A DNA stretch of 64,000 nt from a virus. Lineage: Duplodnaviria; Caudoviricetes. This document shows positions 36,405 through 46,422 of this stretch, one piece after another. Under the pieces are notes generated by a model. It made no database searches. It saw only the letters and a list, made by a program, of their open reading frames with translations, and was not told the origin of the DNA. The first letter of the stretch is position 1, and each line of letters starts with the position of its first letter. Made by a program: the position numbers and the translations under genes. The DNA lies in IMG/VR virus record IMGVR_UViG_3300033072_000343, positions 6,110 to 70,109 of that record; one strand, written 5' to 3'.

Positions 36405-39400
36405 ATGCCCAAGATCATTGCAGTTGAAGGACAGGGAAACCTTCAGTTTGGCGACGATTGGTCCGACGAGCAGATCGATCAGTACATCGAAGACAAGTAC
36501 TTCGGTGGCCAGTCGTCTGCACAGCCGCAAGCGATGCCTTCCTCTCAAGGGCAGGCGATGCCAGCTGCAGAGAAGCAGGGTGTGTGGGACTCGTTCACCA
36601 GCGGTTTCGGCCGCGGGTTCGAGGCTGGTGGTATTCCGTTCTACAGCGGCGGCAAAGAGGCGGTGAAGTCTGTCGGTGTCCTGAGCGCGGCTCTTGCTGC
36701 ACGGGAAGGCACCGCCTCTGACGAGCAGATGCAGCGTCTGCGTGAGTACAAGGCCGAGGAGGACAAGGCTGCTGCCGAGGCCGAGGGTCGCGGAACGCTG
36801 GAGCGGATTGCGTACGGTGTTGGCCGAGTTCTCGGTGAGGCTCCCGGCTTCGCTGGCGAACTGGCCCTGACCGGTGGTGTTGCTACCGCTGGTGAGAAGG
36901 CCGCGGTCAAGGCTGCTGCAACTGCCGTCAAGGCGCTCGGCAAGGAGACCGCCTACACGGCCACCCGCAAGGCTGCCGACTGGGCTGCTGATAAGGTCAG
37001 TGGTCGAATCGTTCGAGGTGTGGCCGGCGCTGCTGCTCAGACCATTCCTTCCGGCGCTACTCGTATCGTGTCGGGAACCGCTGAGCGGATGACCCCCGGA
37101 TTCGATCTCGAGGAAACTCCAGGTGGAACATACTTCACCGAGACCAAGCAGGCCGACCCATTCCTCACTGCCGCCTACAAGGCGCTTGGAGACCAGTTCG
37201 TCGAGGTTCTCAGTGAGCGATCCGGCGGGTTCCTCACTGACATGCTTGGTGCTGGTGCCCGCAAGGCCGGTCTCGGAAAGGCGATCGACTGGACCTCTGG
37301 ACTCAAGCAGGCAGTGGCGAGCCGTGTTGCCAAGAAGTACCCTGGGATGTTTGAGGGTAATGACTTCATCGACGCGATCGGCAAAACCACCAAGTGGGAC
37401 GGTGTCTTTGGCGAGATGCTCGAGGAGCGTGCCGGTGAAGTTGGTCGAGCCGCTCTTGGTGTTCAGGATTACCAAGCTCCGTCGATGGAACAGCTTGCCA
37501 CCGAGGCTATCGGATTCGGTTTGATCGACGCTGGATTCAATGGCGCTCGACTGGCCGCTTCTCTGAGCAAGAAGAACCTGTCCAAGGAGCAACGCGACCG
37601 CACCCAGCAGGCTCTCGATGCGGTCACCGCAGCGGAATCGATTGCTCCGACCACTGCGCCTGTTCGCCGCGCCGCTCGAATTGAGGACACCGAATCTGGC
37701 TTGGCTGATGTTGTGGACACGACCGGTGCGGTCACGCCTTTCGATCGCATCACCAGAAACAACAGCGCCAACCGCCGAGCTCGAGTCGAAGCTGGGCTCA
37801 CCGGACAATCTGGAGAGATCTACGACCTGCCTGAACCGATACGCGCTGCGACCGTTAAGACCGGCGACAGCACCGCCTACTCTGGGATGGACCTAGAGTC
37901 TCAGACCAGCCCGGTTGATCAGTTCGTGCTGTCTCAGCCGAATGAGCCTCTGAGCCTGCCCGAGACGGTGGCCAAGCAGTACACCGGCATCAGTCAGGTG
38001 CTATCGTCCTACTTCTCTGGTCAGGATGTTGATCAGGACATGATCGACACGCTGTTCAATCAGGCACCCGCGTTGATCAAGCAGATCAACAACCGGCTGA
38101 TGAGCGGCATCAATGCCCGTGTCGCACCTCGCGAACTTGCGCCCCTGTCTGAACTGTCTGACTCGTTGTCCAAGTTTCGGGATGAGTTCTCCAAGGATCT
38201 CGAGAGCAAGGTGGACCAGATGTCTCGCGCCCGGGAGATCTCTCAGGCCGAGGCTCAAGACCGCGCCCGACGCGCCGTTGCGCTTCAGGATGCGATCGCT
38301 GCGTTCGCGTCTCCTCGAGCCGTCAGAACCGATGCTGGCGCTGCTGAGGCTCAGGATGTTTCGTTCACTCAGAGTCCGATCGATGCGTTCATCTTGAGCC
38401 GTCAACGTCGTAAGGCTGGCGCAATCCCTGAGTCGAGCACCAATGCTGGGCTCCGTGAGAACGTCGACACCACCAGCGAGACGTCTCCGATCGACTCGTT
38501 CACGCTGAGCACTCAGCGCCCCGCGCCTGCGCCTGCGCCCGCGGCCGCTACCCCGACTTCCCTGCCGACTGAATCCTCGCTACCGGTGGGAACCGGGGCT
38601 GCTCCTGTGGGTGGTGTCCCAGTTGCAGCCCCGGCTATTGAATCTGAGCTCGAGAAGCTCAGCCTGTTCATCAGCGACGTAGCTGAGGAGTCGATCAATT
38701 ATCCCAGCCCGGCGAAAATGAGGAGCCTCGCCAAGAAGGCTCTGAATCTGGGTTACATCAATCAGCGTGACTACGACGAGGTCATTCGAGTCCAGAAGGA
38801 TTCCGGAAGCCGTGACGATACCACTGATGCGATGAGCGAGCTCGAGTCCTATCTGATCTACAGACAGGACAAGATCTCCAAGCTGATAGCTGATTCCAAG
38901 AAAACCAATGTCACCCAAGGACAAGCGCCTTCAGCGGCGGCTGTGGCCCCGGTCCAGCCCGCCAAAACCGAAACGCCTAGTGGGCCAGCAGGTTCGCAAA
39001 CAACCGCGCCCCAAGGACCAGTAGCCGCGCCCAAGTACACGGACGGCACCGAGGTTAAGGCTGGCGACACCATTCGCTGGCGCACCGCAGCCGGTAAGAA
39101 CGAGGTGCTTGGCACCATCGACTCCATTAAGGACGGGGTGCCGCAGGTTCGCGTCACGCAGCTGTCCAAGAAGGCTCCGAACACTCAGAAGATCGGCAAC
39201 ATCGAGCTCAGTGGTGTGTACCCGGTGGTCAACTCCAACCTGCTCGAGAAGCGTGAGCCGGTGAAGGAGGAGGAGAAGAAGAAGGTCGGCCGCCCGTCGA
39301 AGATCACCCAGACCGACGACGAGAATGTTGCAGCGATCTTGGAGGAGGGTGTGAACCATCCCATGTGGCCCAGGTTCTCCGAGCTAATGAGGGGCGCTCT

Positions 39401-42400
39401 CAATGAGAACGAGGCTGACGAGGAGGCGCTGGATGCTCTTCGTGAGCAGGTTGGAACGCGGGCGTCCGTGGCCATGGAAGCCGCGTTCAACCAGCAGACT
39501 GCATTCGACTTCATTGATGGCCAGCCAAGCGCAGTCAACCTCGAGATAGACGATGTATTGTCGAACTACGAGCGCGGGTTGAAGAAGTGGGTGCTCAAGA
39601 ACATAGACAGCAAATCGCCTGTCGGGTTCTCACCCAAGAAGAACTTGGTCATCTCGGTTCGCAACTCCCGCAAGAAGTCGCTCATCGAGAAGGCGACCAC
39701 ATCAATGAGTTCGTCCGTCAACGAAGACGGCGAGGAGAGCTCTCCAATCGAGCAGTTTGCTCAGCCTGTCCAGAAGGAGAGTGCTGCGTCGCTGGCGTCC
39801 ATCTTCAGGAATGTCGAGGCGCTTGCTGATGCCGTGGTCTCTGCAATCCAGAAGGCCGAGGCTGCTGTGCGTGGCCGTCAGCTGACTCCCACTGAGTTCA
39901 CTAACGCTGTTGTCAGTGGCTTCAAGTCCCTGATCCCTAACGCTCCTGCCAACGTCGCCGAAACTCTCAGCAGCATCGGTCTCACCGCATCTGGAAACCT
40001 TCAAGACATCTACGATGAGAAGGGTATCGATGGCGTTGATAATGCCATTACTGAAGGCGAAGCACTCCTTGCCAACGCTGCCGCTCAGGACACCGGAAAC
40101 CGGTCTCTCCAGCAGGGCGAGATAACCCTGGCCGACGCCATCGACACCGTGCTTGCTGGCAACACCGCCAGCAGCTGGATGCGCGGCATCGCTGAGAAGC
40201 TGCTCAAGGCCAAGCTCCGTGCCCGTGTGGTTGTGCTGTCCGACGCTGAGTTCGATCGCATCGCCCCGCGCCCCGGACAGGCCGCGTTCTACGATGCCAA
40301 TCCTCAGTCCGACACGATCTACATCCGCCAGTCCGCTGCGTCGCACGACTACTTGGTCATGCACGAGGCGGTCCACGCGGCCACGGTTTACGCGCTGCGC
40401 ACCAACGTGAGTTTCCGCAACGAGGTTCGCCGGTTGCGCGACGCTGCCGTCAACGCTCTTGGAGCGAACAGCTTCTATGGTCTGCAGGAGCACGGCTCCA
40501 ACTTCAACAACCTCGCTGAGTTCGTTGGCGAGTCGATGTCTAGTCAGGAGTTCCGTGATGCGCTGAACGGTGTGGTCGACAAGGATGGCCAGTCGCTGTG
40601 GACCAAGTTCCTCAACCTGATTGGCCGCCTGTTCGGGTTCAAGGGTGAGCAGAAGACCCTGCTCGATCAGATTGTCAACCTGAGCACCGAGCAGTTCGCG
40701 CCTAACGTCGCCATCAGCGAGGGTGATCAGGGTGTTGGTGAGCTCATGTCTGCACCGCAGATTGAGAGCGCCGAGCAGCTGAACGACCTGACATCTGTAC
40801 CCGGACTCAACGCTGCCAACATCGCCGCGATCGAGAACTTGGCGGCGACGCAGGCTCAGATGATCCCTGCTTCGATCGTTGCCCAGATTGCAACACTTCC
40901 TAACACAGTGCGTCGCAGTTTGAATTGGCTTATTGAACAGGCTGGCGCATCGCAATCGCCAAAACCGCTGTCCTCTATGCCGACTGCCACATGGCAGGAT
41001 GAACAGGCCAAGCACGAGGCTGCGCATGCTGTCGATAAGCTGGCTAGAAACGTGGAGAACGAACGCAGCAAGGTGCTTGAAGAGCTTGAAAAAGAGCGCC
41101 AGCAATACGCCACTTCGATCAACGGACTGAAAGCTAACCTCGCCTCAGCAAACGCTGAAGTGGCTGCAACCACTGGTGTCGTTGACAACCTTGTCGAAGA
41201 CTACAAGGAGTACGTTGATGACGTGAAGTCGGTCAGTGGCGCGTTGAGCGTTGCTCAAAAAACAGCCATCGAGAAAGAGTCTGAGATTGTGCGCCGCACG
41301 CACAAGGAGTCCGACCAGATGCGCAAGGCGATCTCGGCGATTGCTGAAGGCGTCACGGATGCTGATCTCAACAACGCTCAGTCCAACGACGACATCGTCA
41401 ACATCATCGCCACTCGCAAGATGTTGGATGGAAAGGTTCTGCCGGAGACGATCAACACGCTCTTCACTGTTGGTTCATCTGGCAAGACGCCGCTTCAGTC
41501 CATGCGCCGGTTGATCCCCGCGTTGAAGATGATCAAGAAGATCAACTCCAACATCGCCGGGGTGAAGGTTTCTGTGGATGCGTTTGAGAAGGCTGTCGCT
41601 GGAATGACGGGCAACAAGCAGCGCAAGGTGAACCCTCGCGCATTCGCTCGCCTCTATCGCCGAGTCCTTCAAAAGCAGTCTAAAGCCATCGAGGAGGCGC
41701 GACTGCTCGACAACACCATCAACCGGATGGAGCGCAAGATCCTCAAGTTGGTTCAAGAGCTCGACGTTTACGACAACCTTGTCGCGTCGCCTGAGTTCTC
41801 GTCTCAGTACGAGGAGGCAATCCGCAGCCTGAACATCCTGTCCAGCAACGCTGGCGATTACGGTGGTGCCGAGGGTGCTAAGAGCGACCGCAAGGTCACC
41901 TACAAGATTGGTTCTCAGCTGTACACCATCGAGTACAGCGCCGATCCGGCCGTCAACGCGAACAACAACGCTGTTGTGATGAGTGCGCTTGCCGCGATTG
42001 AGGCTGAGCTCAAGAAGCCGCTGAGCCCGATCGATCGCTACAAGCTGATGTGGATGCGCACCAAGCTGACGTTGTTCTCCAACCCGATGGGTGACGCTGC
42101 GCTTGCGATCAACAGCTTCGACATCATCAACCGGCTGCGTGTCGCAATCCCGATCCTTACGCCGCTGATCGATCGCGCTTACGTCTTGTCTTTGATGCCG
42201 GGCACTGTCGGCAAGGAGCTCCGAATCCTGCTCAAGGTATCCATGTCGGTTGCTTCTGGCATTGAGGCGGCTCGCATGAATCCGCGGTACGGTGAGTACG
42301 CGATCAACCTTGCTGTCGACAACGCTATCAAGAGTCACCCCGGTCTCGATGCTCGCACTTGGGACAAGGAGGTTCTGAACGAGTTCCTCGGAAGCAATCA

Positions 42401-45400
42401 GGAGCGCACTGGTCGCAACCTCAAGGTTGGCGACACCACCGCATTTGGCCACGTCATCACCAAGGAGGATGTGAAGGCGGCCGAGCTTCAGGCCCGGTTC
42501 GCTGACGCGATCTACAAGGCGGCTCGCGGTTCCGAGAACGGCGGCATCGCCATGTACTATCCGACTCTGGTTCAGGAGTCGTTCATCCAGAACGGAGAGA
42601 AGCGCACCAGATATCGTTACGCTTATGCGGGTGGCGCGTTCACGACTCCGATGATTCTTGATCGAAGCGAGCTTCCCGGAAGCGTGCTCGACATGGCGAA
42701 GCGGTGGTACAACTACGGGACAAGCCCGTCATCCGCATCTTCAAACCGGCTTGCGCTCCTGCTTGGGCGCAAGTGGTTCGTCAACTTCGCGCTTAAGCAC
42801 GTCATGGAGATGAGTCCTCTCTACAAGAGGAACTCTCCGTACGCGAAGATCTACCAAGCACTCGCAGATCGCTATGCGTCCACGGGCAAGTTGCCTGGAA
42901 CTCTGGATGATCTCGTCAACGACATCGACGCGATGACGCCAGCTGTCGGCGACGAGTTGATTCGCAAGGCTGCGATAACGCAGCGCCTGGTCGACGAGAT
43001 CAGTCAGTTCGTTGAGTCTTACCTGACTCAGGTTCAGGGGTCTGATCGCGATGAAGAGACTGCCGCTCTAAAGACCGATGCGCTGTCTGCCAACTCGTTT
43101 AACTCGATCATCAGTGGATCAAACAACTTCACCAAGCCTCGTGGTGACATGGTTGCTCCGTCCAACTTCTACAACTTCACGCTGTCGAGCGACAGCGCCA
43201 AGGGCGTGATCGCGCACTCGGCCATGATGCCGATTCGTATGCGCCAGTTGGCGTTGATGGGTGATGCCAAGAAGGCGTTCGAGGCTGAGCTCGCCAAGAT
43301 CAACGATGAGATCAAGAGCCGGAAGGGTTCAGCAGGGTATCTCAATCGCGAATGGACTGAGCCGAAGCGCAACGTGCTCTCAGGCAAGGCGTATCTGAAT
43401 CAAGGCCAGCTGAGAGACCTCGTCACGATGATCAACAACAGCCTCGATGTTCTTAAGCAGACGCTTGAGAAGCCTGCTGTTGGACGACTTCAGACAACCG
43501 CGATCGAGGACATGCTGCAAGTTCGCCGCGTGATGCTGGTTGCCCAGCTGACATCGGCGATCATGAACTTCACTCAGGCTGTAACCGCCGGCCAGTTCAC
43601 TCCGAGCATCTATCTTCAGGGCTACAAGCCGAAGAGCCTGGTCAAACAGAGCCTGCTGCAGATTGTCAGAGGCGCTTGGGATACCGCTGCCGCGCTGTCT
43701 TCCGAGAACAAGGCGGTGTCTGGATGGCTCAAGGCCAACAAGTCCAAGTCCATGTTCCTGATGCGCAAGTTCGCTGAGCGCACCGAGGAGTTTCAGAGGA
43801 TGCAGGCTCGATCCAATTTCGAGGGATTCGCCGCTCCGCGATTGGGTGTGTTTGAGCGTGCTCGGATCATCCGCCAACTCGGAGGGTATGGATCTCCTGT
43901 TGAAGGGTTTGCTGACTCCAAGGGCTCTACGTCGCAAATGCTCGAGAGTGTGTTCTCGAAGTGGTTCCTGCCTCACGTTGCGCTGGCGATCCAAAACATC
44001 CCGGCCTCGGTTGATCGAGTGGCAAACCTGATCAACCTCATGTCCATTCAGGACTCCATGAACCTTGTGATGCGCTCCGGCATCTCAATCATGGAGAAGC
44101 GTGCGGCGTCTGGTGCTGCTGGATGGGACAACTGGTCTGACCCGAAGAACCTGATCAGCGAGGCTGAGGCCGATGCGGCCGGCTGGCAGCGCGAGACTCT
44201 GGTCAACATGCGTCAGGCGTTCTCTGGGCTTGGTGGTTTGGAGCGCGTGCTGCACGACTACTGGCTGCGGGTGCAGGCCGCCAAGGCTGCAGGCACTAGC
44301 ATCGACGACGTCCCGCCGATTGCTGATGAGGGATTCAATCGGGACGTGTCACGCGAGCTTCTCGGCATGACCAATGCCGCGATGGAGGGCATGCGGCCTG
44401 AGGCGATTCAGGGTCGCACCGTGTTGGGTCGCATCTACAACTTCCTGTTCACGTTCTCCAGCTGGGTGAACCGGTACTTCAGCACGCTTGGAAACCTGAC
44501 TGCTGTTGATCCGAAGCGTGGCTACATCAATTTCGCTGCTTACTCAGCGGTCTCGATGGCGCTTCTTCTGACTGTGCTTGCCATCTCTGGTGCATGGAAC
44601 AACGAGATCCGCGGGTTCTTCTACGAATTTGTGAAGGGCCGTCCGTACGCAGTGACTCGCGTTGGCGATGTGCTTCGAGACACCACCCCCGGAAGCATCG
44701 CGAAGCTGGCCGCGGCGTCGATTGGCTTGATGGTTCCCTACGCTGGCGAGTCGATCGCCAATCTGGTGGGCGGTCAAACCTACCGGAACTCCCCGACTGA
44801 TATCGCCAGCTTCTCGCAGAGTGTGCAGCTAGCCAAGACGTTCTCCTCCGCTATCGAGAGCGGCATGAAGACTGGCGACTGGACCGGAACGCTGGTCAAC
44901 ACGCTGCGCCAGACGGTTCCCGGAACCGATGCTGTGCTTAACCGACTGCCCGGGGTGCGTGCTGCAGATGCATCGGCCGATGCGGGACGTGCCGCCCGCG
45001 TCGCTGCTGGCCCGCTGGAGCTCTCCGACAAGGGTGGCCAGGGTGGAACGCCCACCAAGTTCAGCAACCTCGTCAAGAAGGCTGAGGCCGCTGCCTCCAG
45101 TGGCAATCTCGAGGAGGCCAGAAGCCTGCTTGAGCAGGCCGCTGAAGAGAAGAAGAAGACCGGAGGCACCGATCCGTACGGTGCTGTGAAGTCTGCGATC
45201 GCCGGCCGATCTGTTGACCGGAAGACGTTCGGCCGAAAGCTGACCGACGACGAACGTGAGGGGTTGCTCTCTCGCATGAGCGATAGCCAGCGTGCTGCCT
45301 ATCAGAAGGCTGAAGACGCCAACAAGGCGCTTGCCAGCCTGGTGCCTGAATCGGGAAGCCGCGGTGAGTACGAGCGGGTTGGCGGAAAGCCGAAGACTGC

Positions 45401-45602
45401 AATCGATCGAATGAACTCCAAGTTCAGGAAGATCCGTCGCTCCGCAACACCCAAGGCGCTGCGGACGATCAAGACCAAGATGTCGAAGCTCAAGCCGAAG
45501 AAGCTGAAGATCTCGAAGCCGAAGAGCGTGTCCGGCTCAAGGCTGCTGCGACCAAAAGCTCGGGCGGCGGGGGCTTTTGCGCTGCGCCCCGCCTCGATGT
45601 GA
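36405..45602 (+). CDS. Giant internal virion protein (3065 aa) with a zincin-like HExxH domain
   Basis: QAAFYD..SDTIYI..YLVMHEAVHAAT..NLAEFVGE; last gene of the structural operon. Confidence 0.7.
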   Translation: MPKIIAVEGQGNLQFGDDWSDEQIDQYIEDKYFGGQSSAQPQAMPSSQGQAMPAAEKQGVWDSFTSGFGRGFEAGGIPFYSGGKEAVKSVGVLSAALAAREGTASDEQMQRLREYKAEEDKAAAEAEGRGTLERIAYGVGRVLGEAPGFAGELALTGGVATAGEKAAVKAAATAVKALGKETAYTATRKAADWAADKVSGRIVRGVAGAAAQTIPSGATRIVSGTAERMTPGFDLEETPGGTYFTETKQADPFLTAAYKALGDQFVEVLSERSGGFLTDMLGAGARKAGLGKAIDWTSGLKQAVASRVAKKYPGMFEGNDFIDAIGKTTKWDGVFGEMLEERAGEVGRAALGVQDYQAPSMEQLATEAIGFGLIDAGFNGARLAASLSKKNLSKEQRDRTQQALDAVTAAESIAPTTAPVRRAARIEDTESGLADVVDTTGAVTPFDRITRNNSANRRARVEAGLTGQSGEIYDLPEPIRAATVKTGDSTAYSGMDLESQTSPVDQFVLSQPNEPLSLPETVAKQYTGISQVLSSYFSGQDVDQDMIDTLFNQAPALIKQINNRLMSGINARVAPRELAPLSELSDSLSKFRDEFSKDLESKVDQMSRAREISQAEAQDRARRAVALQDAIAAFASPRAVRTDAGAAEAQDVSFTQSPIDAFILSRQRRKAGAIPESSTNAGLRENVDTTSETSPIDSFTLSTQRPAPAPAPAAATPTSLPTESSLPVGTGAAPVGGVPVAAPAIESELEKLSLFISDVAEESINYPSPAKMRSLAKKALNLGYINQRDYDEVIRVQKDSGSRDDTTDAMSELESYLIYRQDKISKLIADSKKTNVTQGQAPSAAAVAPVQPAKTETPSGPAGSQTTAPQGPVAAPKYTDGTEVKAGDTIRWRTAAGKNEVLGTIDSIKDGVPQVRVTQLSKKAPNTQKIGNIELSGVYPVVNSNLLEKREPVKEEEKKKVGRPSKITQTDDENVAAILEEGVNHPMWPRFSELMRGALNENEADEEALDALREQVGTRASVAMEAAFNQQTAFDFIDGQPSAVNLEIDDVLSNYERGLKKWVLKNIDSKSPVGFSPKKNLVISVRNSRKKSLIEKATTSMSSSVNEDGEESSPIEQFAQPVQKESAASLASIFRNVEALADAVVSAIQKAEAAVRGRQLTPTEFTNAVVSGFKSLIPNAPANVAETLSSIGLTASGNLQDIYDEKGIDGVDNAITEGEALLANAAAQDTGNRSLQQGEITLADAIDTVLAGNTASSWMRGIAEKLLKAKLRARVVVLSDAEFDRIAPRPGQAAFYDANPQSDTIYIRQSAASHDYLVMHEAVHAATVYALRTNVSFRNEVRRLRDAAVNALGANSFYGLQEHGSNFNNLAEFVGESMSSQEFRDALNGVVDKDGQSLWTKFLNLIGRLFGFKGEQKTLLDQIVNLSTEQFAPNVAISEGDQGVGELMSAPQIESAEQLNDLTSVPGLNAANIAAIENLAATQAQMIPASIVAQIATLPNTVRRSLNWLIEQAGASQSPKPLSSMPTATWQDEQAKHEAAHAVDKLARNVENERSKVLEELEKERQQYATSINGLKANLASANAEVAATTGVVDNLVEDYKEYVDDVKSVSGALSVAQKTAIEKESEIVRRTHKESDQMRKAISAIAEGVTDADLNNAQSNDDIVNIIATRKMLDGKVLPETINTLFTVGSSGKTPLQSMRRLIPALKMIKKINSNIAGVKVSVDAFEKAVAGMTGNKQRKVNPRAFARLYRRVLQKQSKAIEEARLLDNTINRMERKILKLVQELDVYDNLVASPEFSSQYEEAIRSLNILSSNAGDYGGAEGAKSDRKVTYKIGSQLYTIEYSADPAVNANNNAVVMSALAAIEAELKKPLSPIDRYKLMWMRTKLTLFSNPMGDAALAINSFDIINRLRVAIPILTPLIDRAYVLSLMPGTVGKELRILLKVSMSVASGIEAARMNPRYGEYAINLAVDNAIKSHPGLDARTWDKEVLNEFLGSNQERTGRNLKVGDTTAFGHVITKEDVKAAELQARFADAIYKAARGSENGGIAMYYPTLVQESFIQNGEKRTRYRYAYAGGAFTTPMILDRSELPGSVLDMAKRWYNYGTSPSSASSNRLALLLGRKWFVNFALKHVMEMSPLYKRNSPYAKIYQALADRYASTGKLPGTLDDLVNDIDAMTPAVGDELIRKAAITQRLVDEISQFVESYLTQVQGSDRDEETAALKTDALSANSFNSIISGSNNFTKPRGDMVAPSNFYNFTLSSDSAKGVIAHSAMMPIRMRQLALMGDAKKAFEAELAKINDEIKSRKGSAGYLNREWTEPKRNVLSGKAYLNQGQLRDLVTMINNSLDVLKQTLEKPAVGRLQTTAIEDMLQVRRVMLVAQLTSAIMNFTQAVTAGQFTPSIYLQGYKPKSLVKQSLLQIVRGAWDTAAALSSENKAVSGWLKANKSKSMFLMRKFAERTEEFQRMQARSNFEGFAAPRLGVFERARIIRQLGGYGSPVEGFADSKGSTSQMLESVFSKWFLPHVALAIQNIPASVDRVANLINLMSIQDSMNLVMRSGISIMEKRAASGAAGWDNWSDPKNLISEAEADAAGWQRETLVNMRQAFSGLGGLERVLHDYWLRVQAAKAAGTSIDDVPPIADEGFNRDVSRELLGMTNAAMEGMRPEAIQGRTVLGRIYNFLFTFSSWVNRYFSTLGNLTAVDPKRGYINFAAYSAVSMALLLTVLAISGAWNNEIRGFFYEFVKGRPYAVTRVGDVLRDTTPGSIAKLAAASIGLMVPYAGESIANLVGGQTYRNSPTDIASFSQSVQLAKTFSSAIESGMKTGDWTGTLVNTLRQTVPGTDAVLNRLPGVRAADASADAGRAARVAAGPLELSDKGGQGGTPTKFSNLVKKAEAAASSGNLEEARSLLEQAAEEKKKTGGTDPYGAVKSAIAGRSVDRKTFGRKLTDDEREGLLSRMSDSQRAAYQKAEDANKALASLVPESGSRGEYERVGGKPKTAIDRMNSKFRKIRRSATPKALRTIKTKMSKLKPKKLKISKPKSVSGSRLLRPKARAAGAFALRPASM

Positions 45603-45903
45603 ATGACAGGGGGCTGACAGTCTTCCGCGGGTCGAGAGACCTGCGGAGGAAGTAGCGGTGACGCCAGAGGTTGCGGAGTGTGACGCCACAGCCTCGCATG
45701 AATGCGTCAGCGTCTCCGATGGAGACCTTGTCCCACGACTTCATCAGCGACAGGTCACGCACCTTCTCATAGGAGAGCCCGCTACGCTTGGCGATGTCGT
45801 GGTGGGTGAGGCGTTTGGCCCCTCGACCCTTACCCTCCCGCGCTAAGAGCCGGATGATCTGGGGAGGGAATGCGCGAAGCATTTCGGAGATCGAGTCTTT
45901 CAT
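45490..45903 (-). CDS. XRE-like helix-turn-helix protein
   Basis: LTHHDIAKRSGLSYEKVRDL HTH; overlaps the giant gene convergently by 113 nt. Confidence 0.6.
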   Translation of the reverse strand: MKDSISEMLRAFPPQIIRLLAREGKGRGAKRLTHHDIAKRSGLSYEKVRDLSLMKSWDKVSIGDADAFMRGCGVTLRNLWRHRYFLRRSLDPRKTVSPLSFTSRRGAAQKPPPPELLVAAALSRTRSSASRSSASSA

Positions 45904-45914
45904 CTGCGACTGAC

Positions 45915-46075
45915 TGTAAATGGATGACCCATCGGATTGAACGGCTGGATTTCAACTCTTGGTTCCAGTGAGTAGTCTTGCAAACACCCCACCGTCTATC
46001 AGCCAAAGTACCCGAACCTCTGGACCCTAGGCCCAGCGTGTCTTATGCCCGTCGGCTTTCTCTACACCATGGATC
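45915..46075 (-). ncRNA. Candidate structured RNA downstream of the tRNA
   Basis: Stems AGCCGA/TTGGCT, CTGGGCC/GGTCCAG, ACGG/CCGT and CTGGA/TCCAG; no convincing ORF. Confidence 0.3.
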
Positions 46076-46080
46076 AAAAT

Positions 46081-46155
46081 TGGTAGCGGGGGGTGGACTC
46101 GAACCACCGACCGTCTGCTTATGAGGCAGCCTAGCTACCGCTGCTACACCCCGCC
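46081..46155 (-). tRNA. tRNA-Met (CAU), initiator-like body, encoded CCA
   Basis: 75-nt cloverleaf GGCGGGG-TG-TAGC-AGCGGTA-GCTA-G-GCTGC-CTCATAA-GCAGA-CGGTC-GGTGG-TTCGAGT-CCACC-CCCCGCT-A-CCA. Confidence 0.92.
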
Positions 46156-46159
46156 ACGA

Positions 46160-46380
46160 AAACCACTGGGGCGCTCCGTTTTACGCGGTTACGGAGCAGG
46201 GACACCATGTTACCAGCGAACCACCGCCGCCGCGATCCCCGCTTACCCCAGCAAAATTAGCCCGTTGTTGTCACAGTGTGAGGAGGCTAGAAGACCCTTC
46301 CCCCTCGGGCGCACTGCGGGTGCCGGTCTTTCCCGACTGCCACTGCTTGTCATCGCAGAGTCGAATCAATCAACCATTAC
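46160..46380 (-). ncRNA. Candidate structured RNA / long tRNA leader
   Basis: ~220 nt between promoter D and the tRNA; stems GTCGG/CCGGC, CAGTG/CACTG, GAGG/CCTC and GCTCCGT/ACGGAGC. Confidence 0.35.
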
Positions 46381-46386
46381 GCACTA

Positions 46387-46415
46387 GGTGTAGTACACCA
46401 TGTGGGCGATGTCAA
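46387..46415 (-). promoter_or_regulatory. Promoter class site D (TTGACA-N17-TACACC, perfect palindrome GGTGTACTACACC)
   Basis: Read directly; would drive the RNA-tRNA-HTH transcript. Confidence 0.75.
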
Positions 46416-46422
46416 CGAGTGA

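Noticed and set aside
45921-46000. Plus-strand CGGCTGGATTTCAAC resembling a tRNA-Sec (UCA) anticodon arm
   Set aside because: The stem is poorly paired, there is no T-arm, acceptor stem or CCA, and the local promoter points to the minus strand.
46230-46345. c-di-GMP-I (GEMM) riboswitch resemblance (GAAA hairpin, AGCCTCC, GGGCTAA, GGTAAGCGGGG)
   Set aside because: The conserved GGCAAA and GACGCAAA elements are absent and the spacing does not fit.
45904-46420. Group I intron around the tRNA (AGACTAC and ACAGTC words resemble P7)
   Set aside because: The tRNA is uninterrupted, the P7 pairing has a mismatch, and no P3/P4/P6 core could be built. A covariance-model search would be needed to revive this idea.
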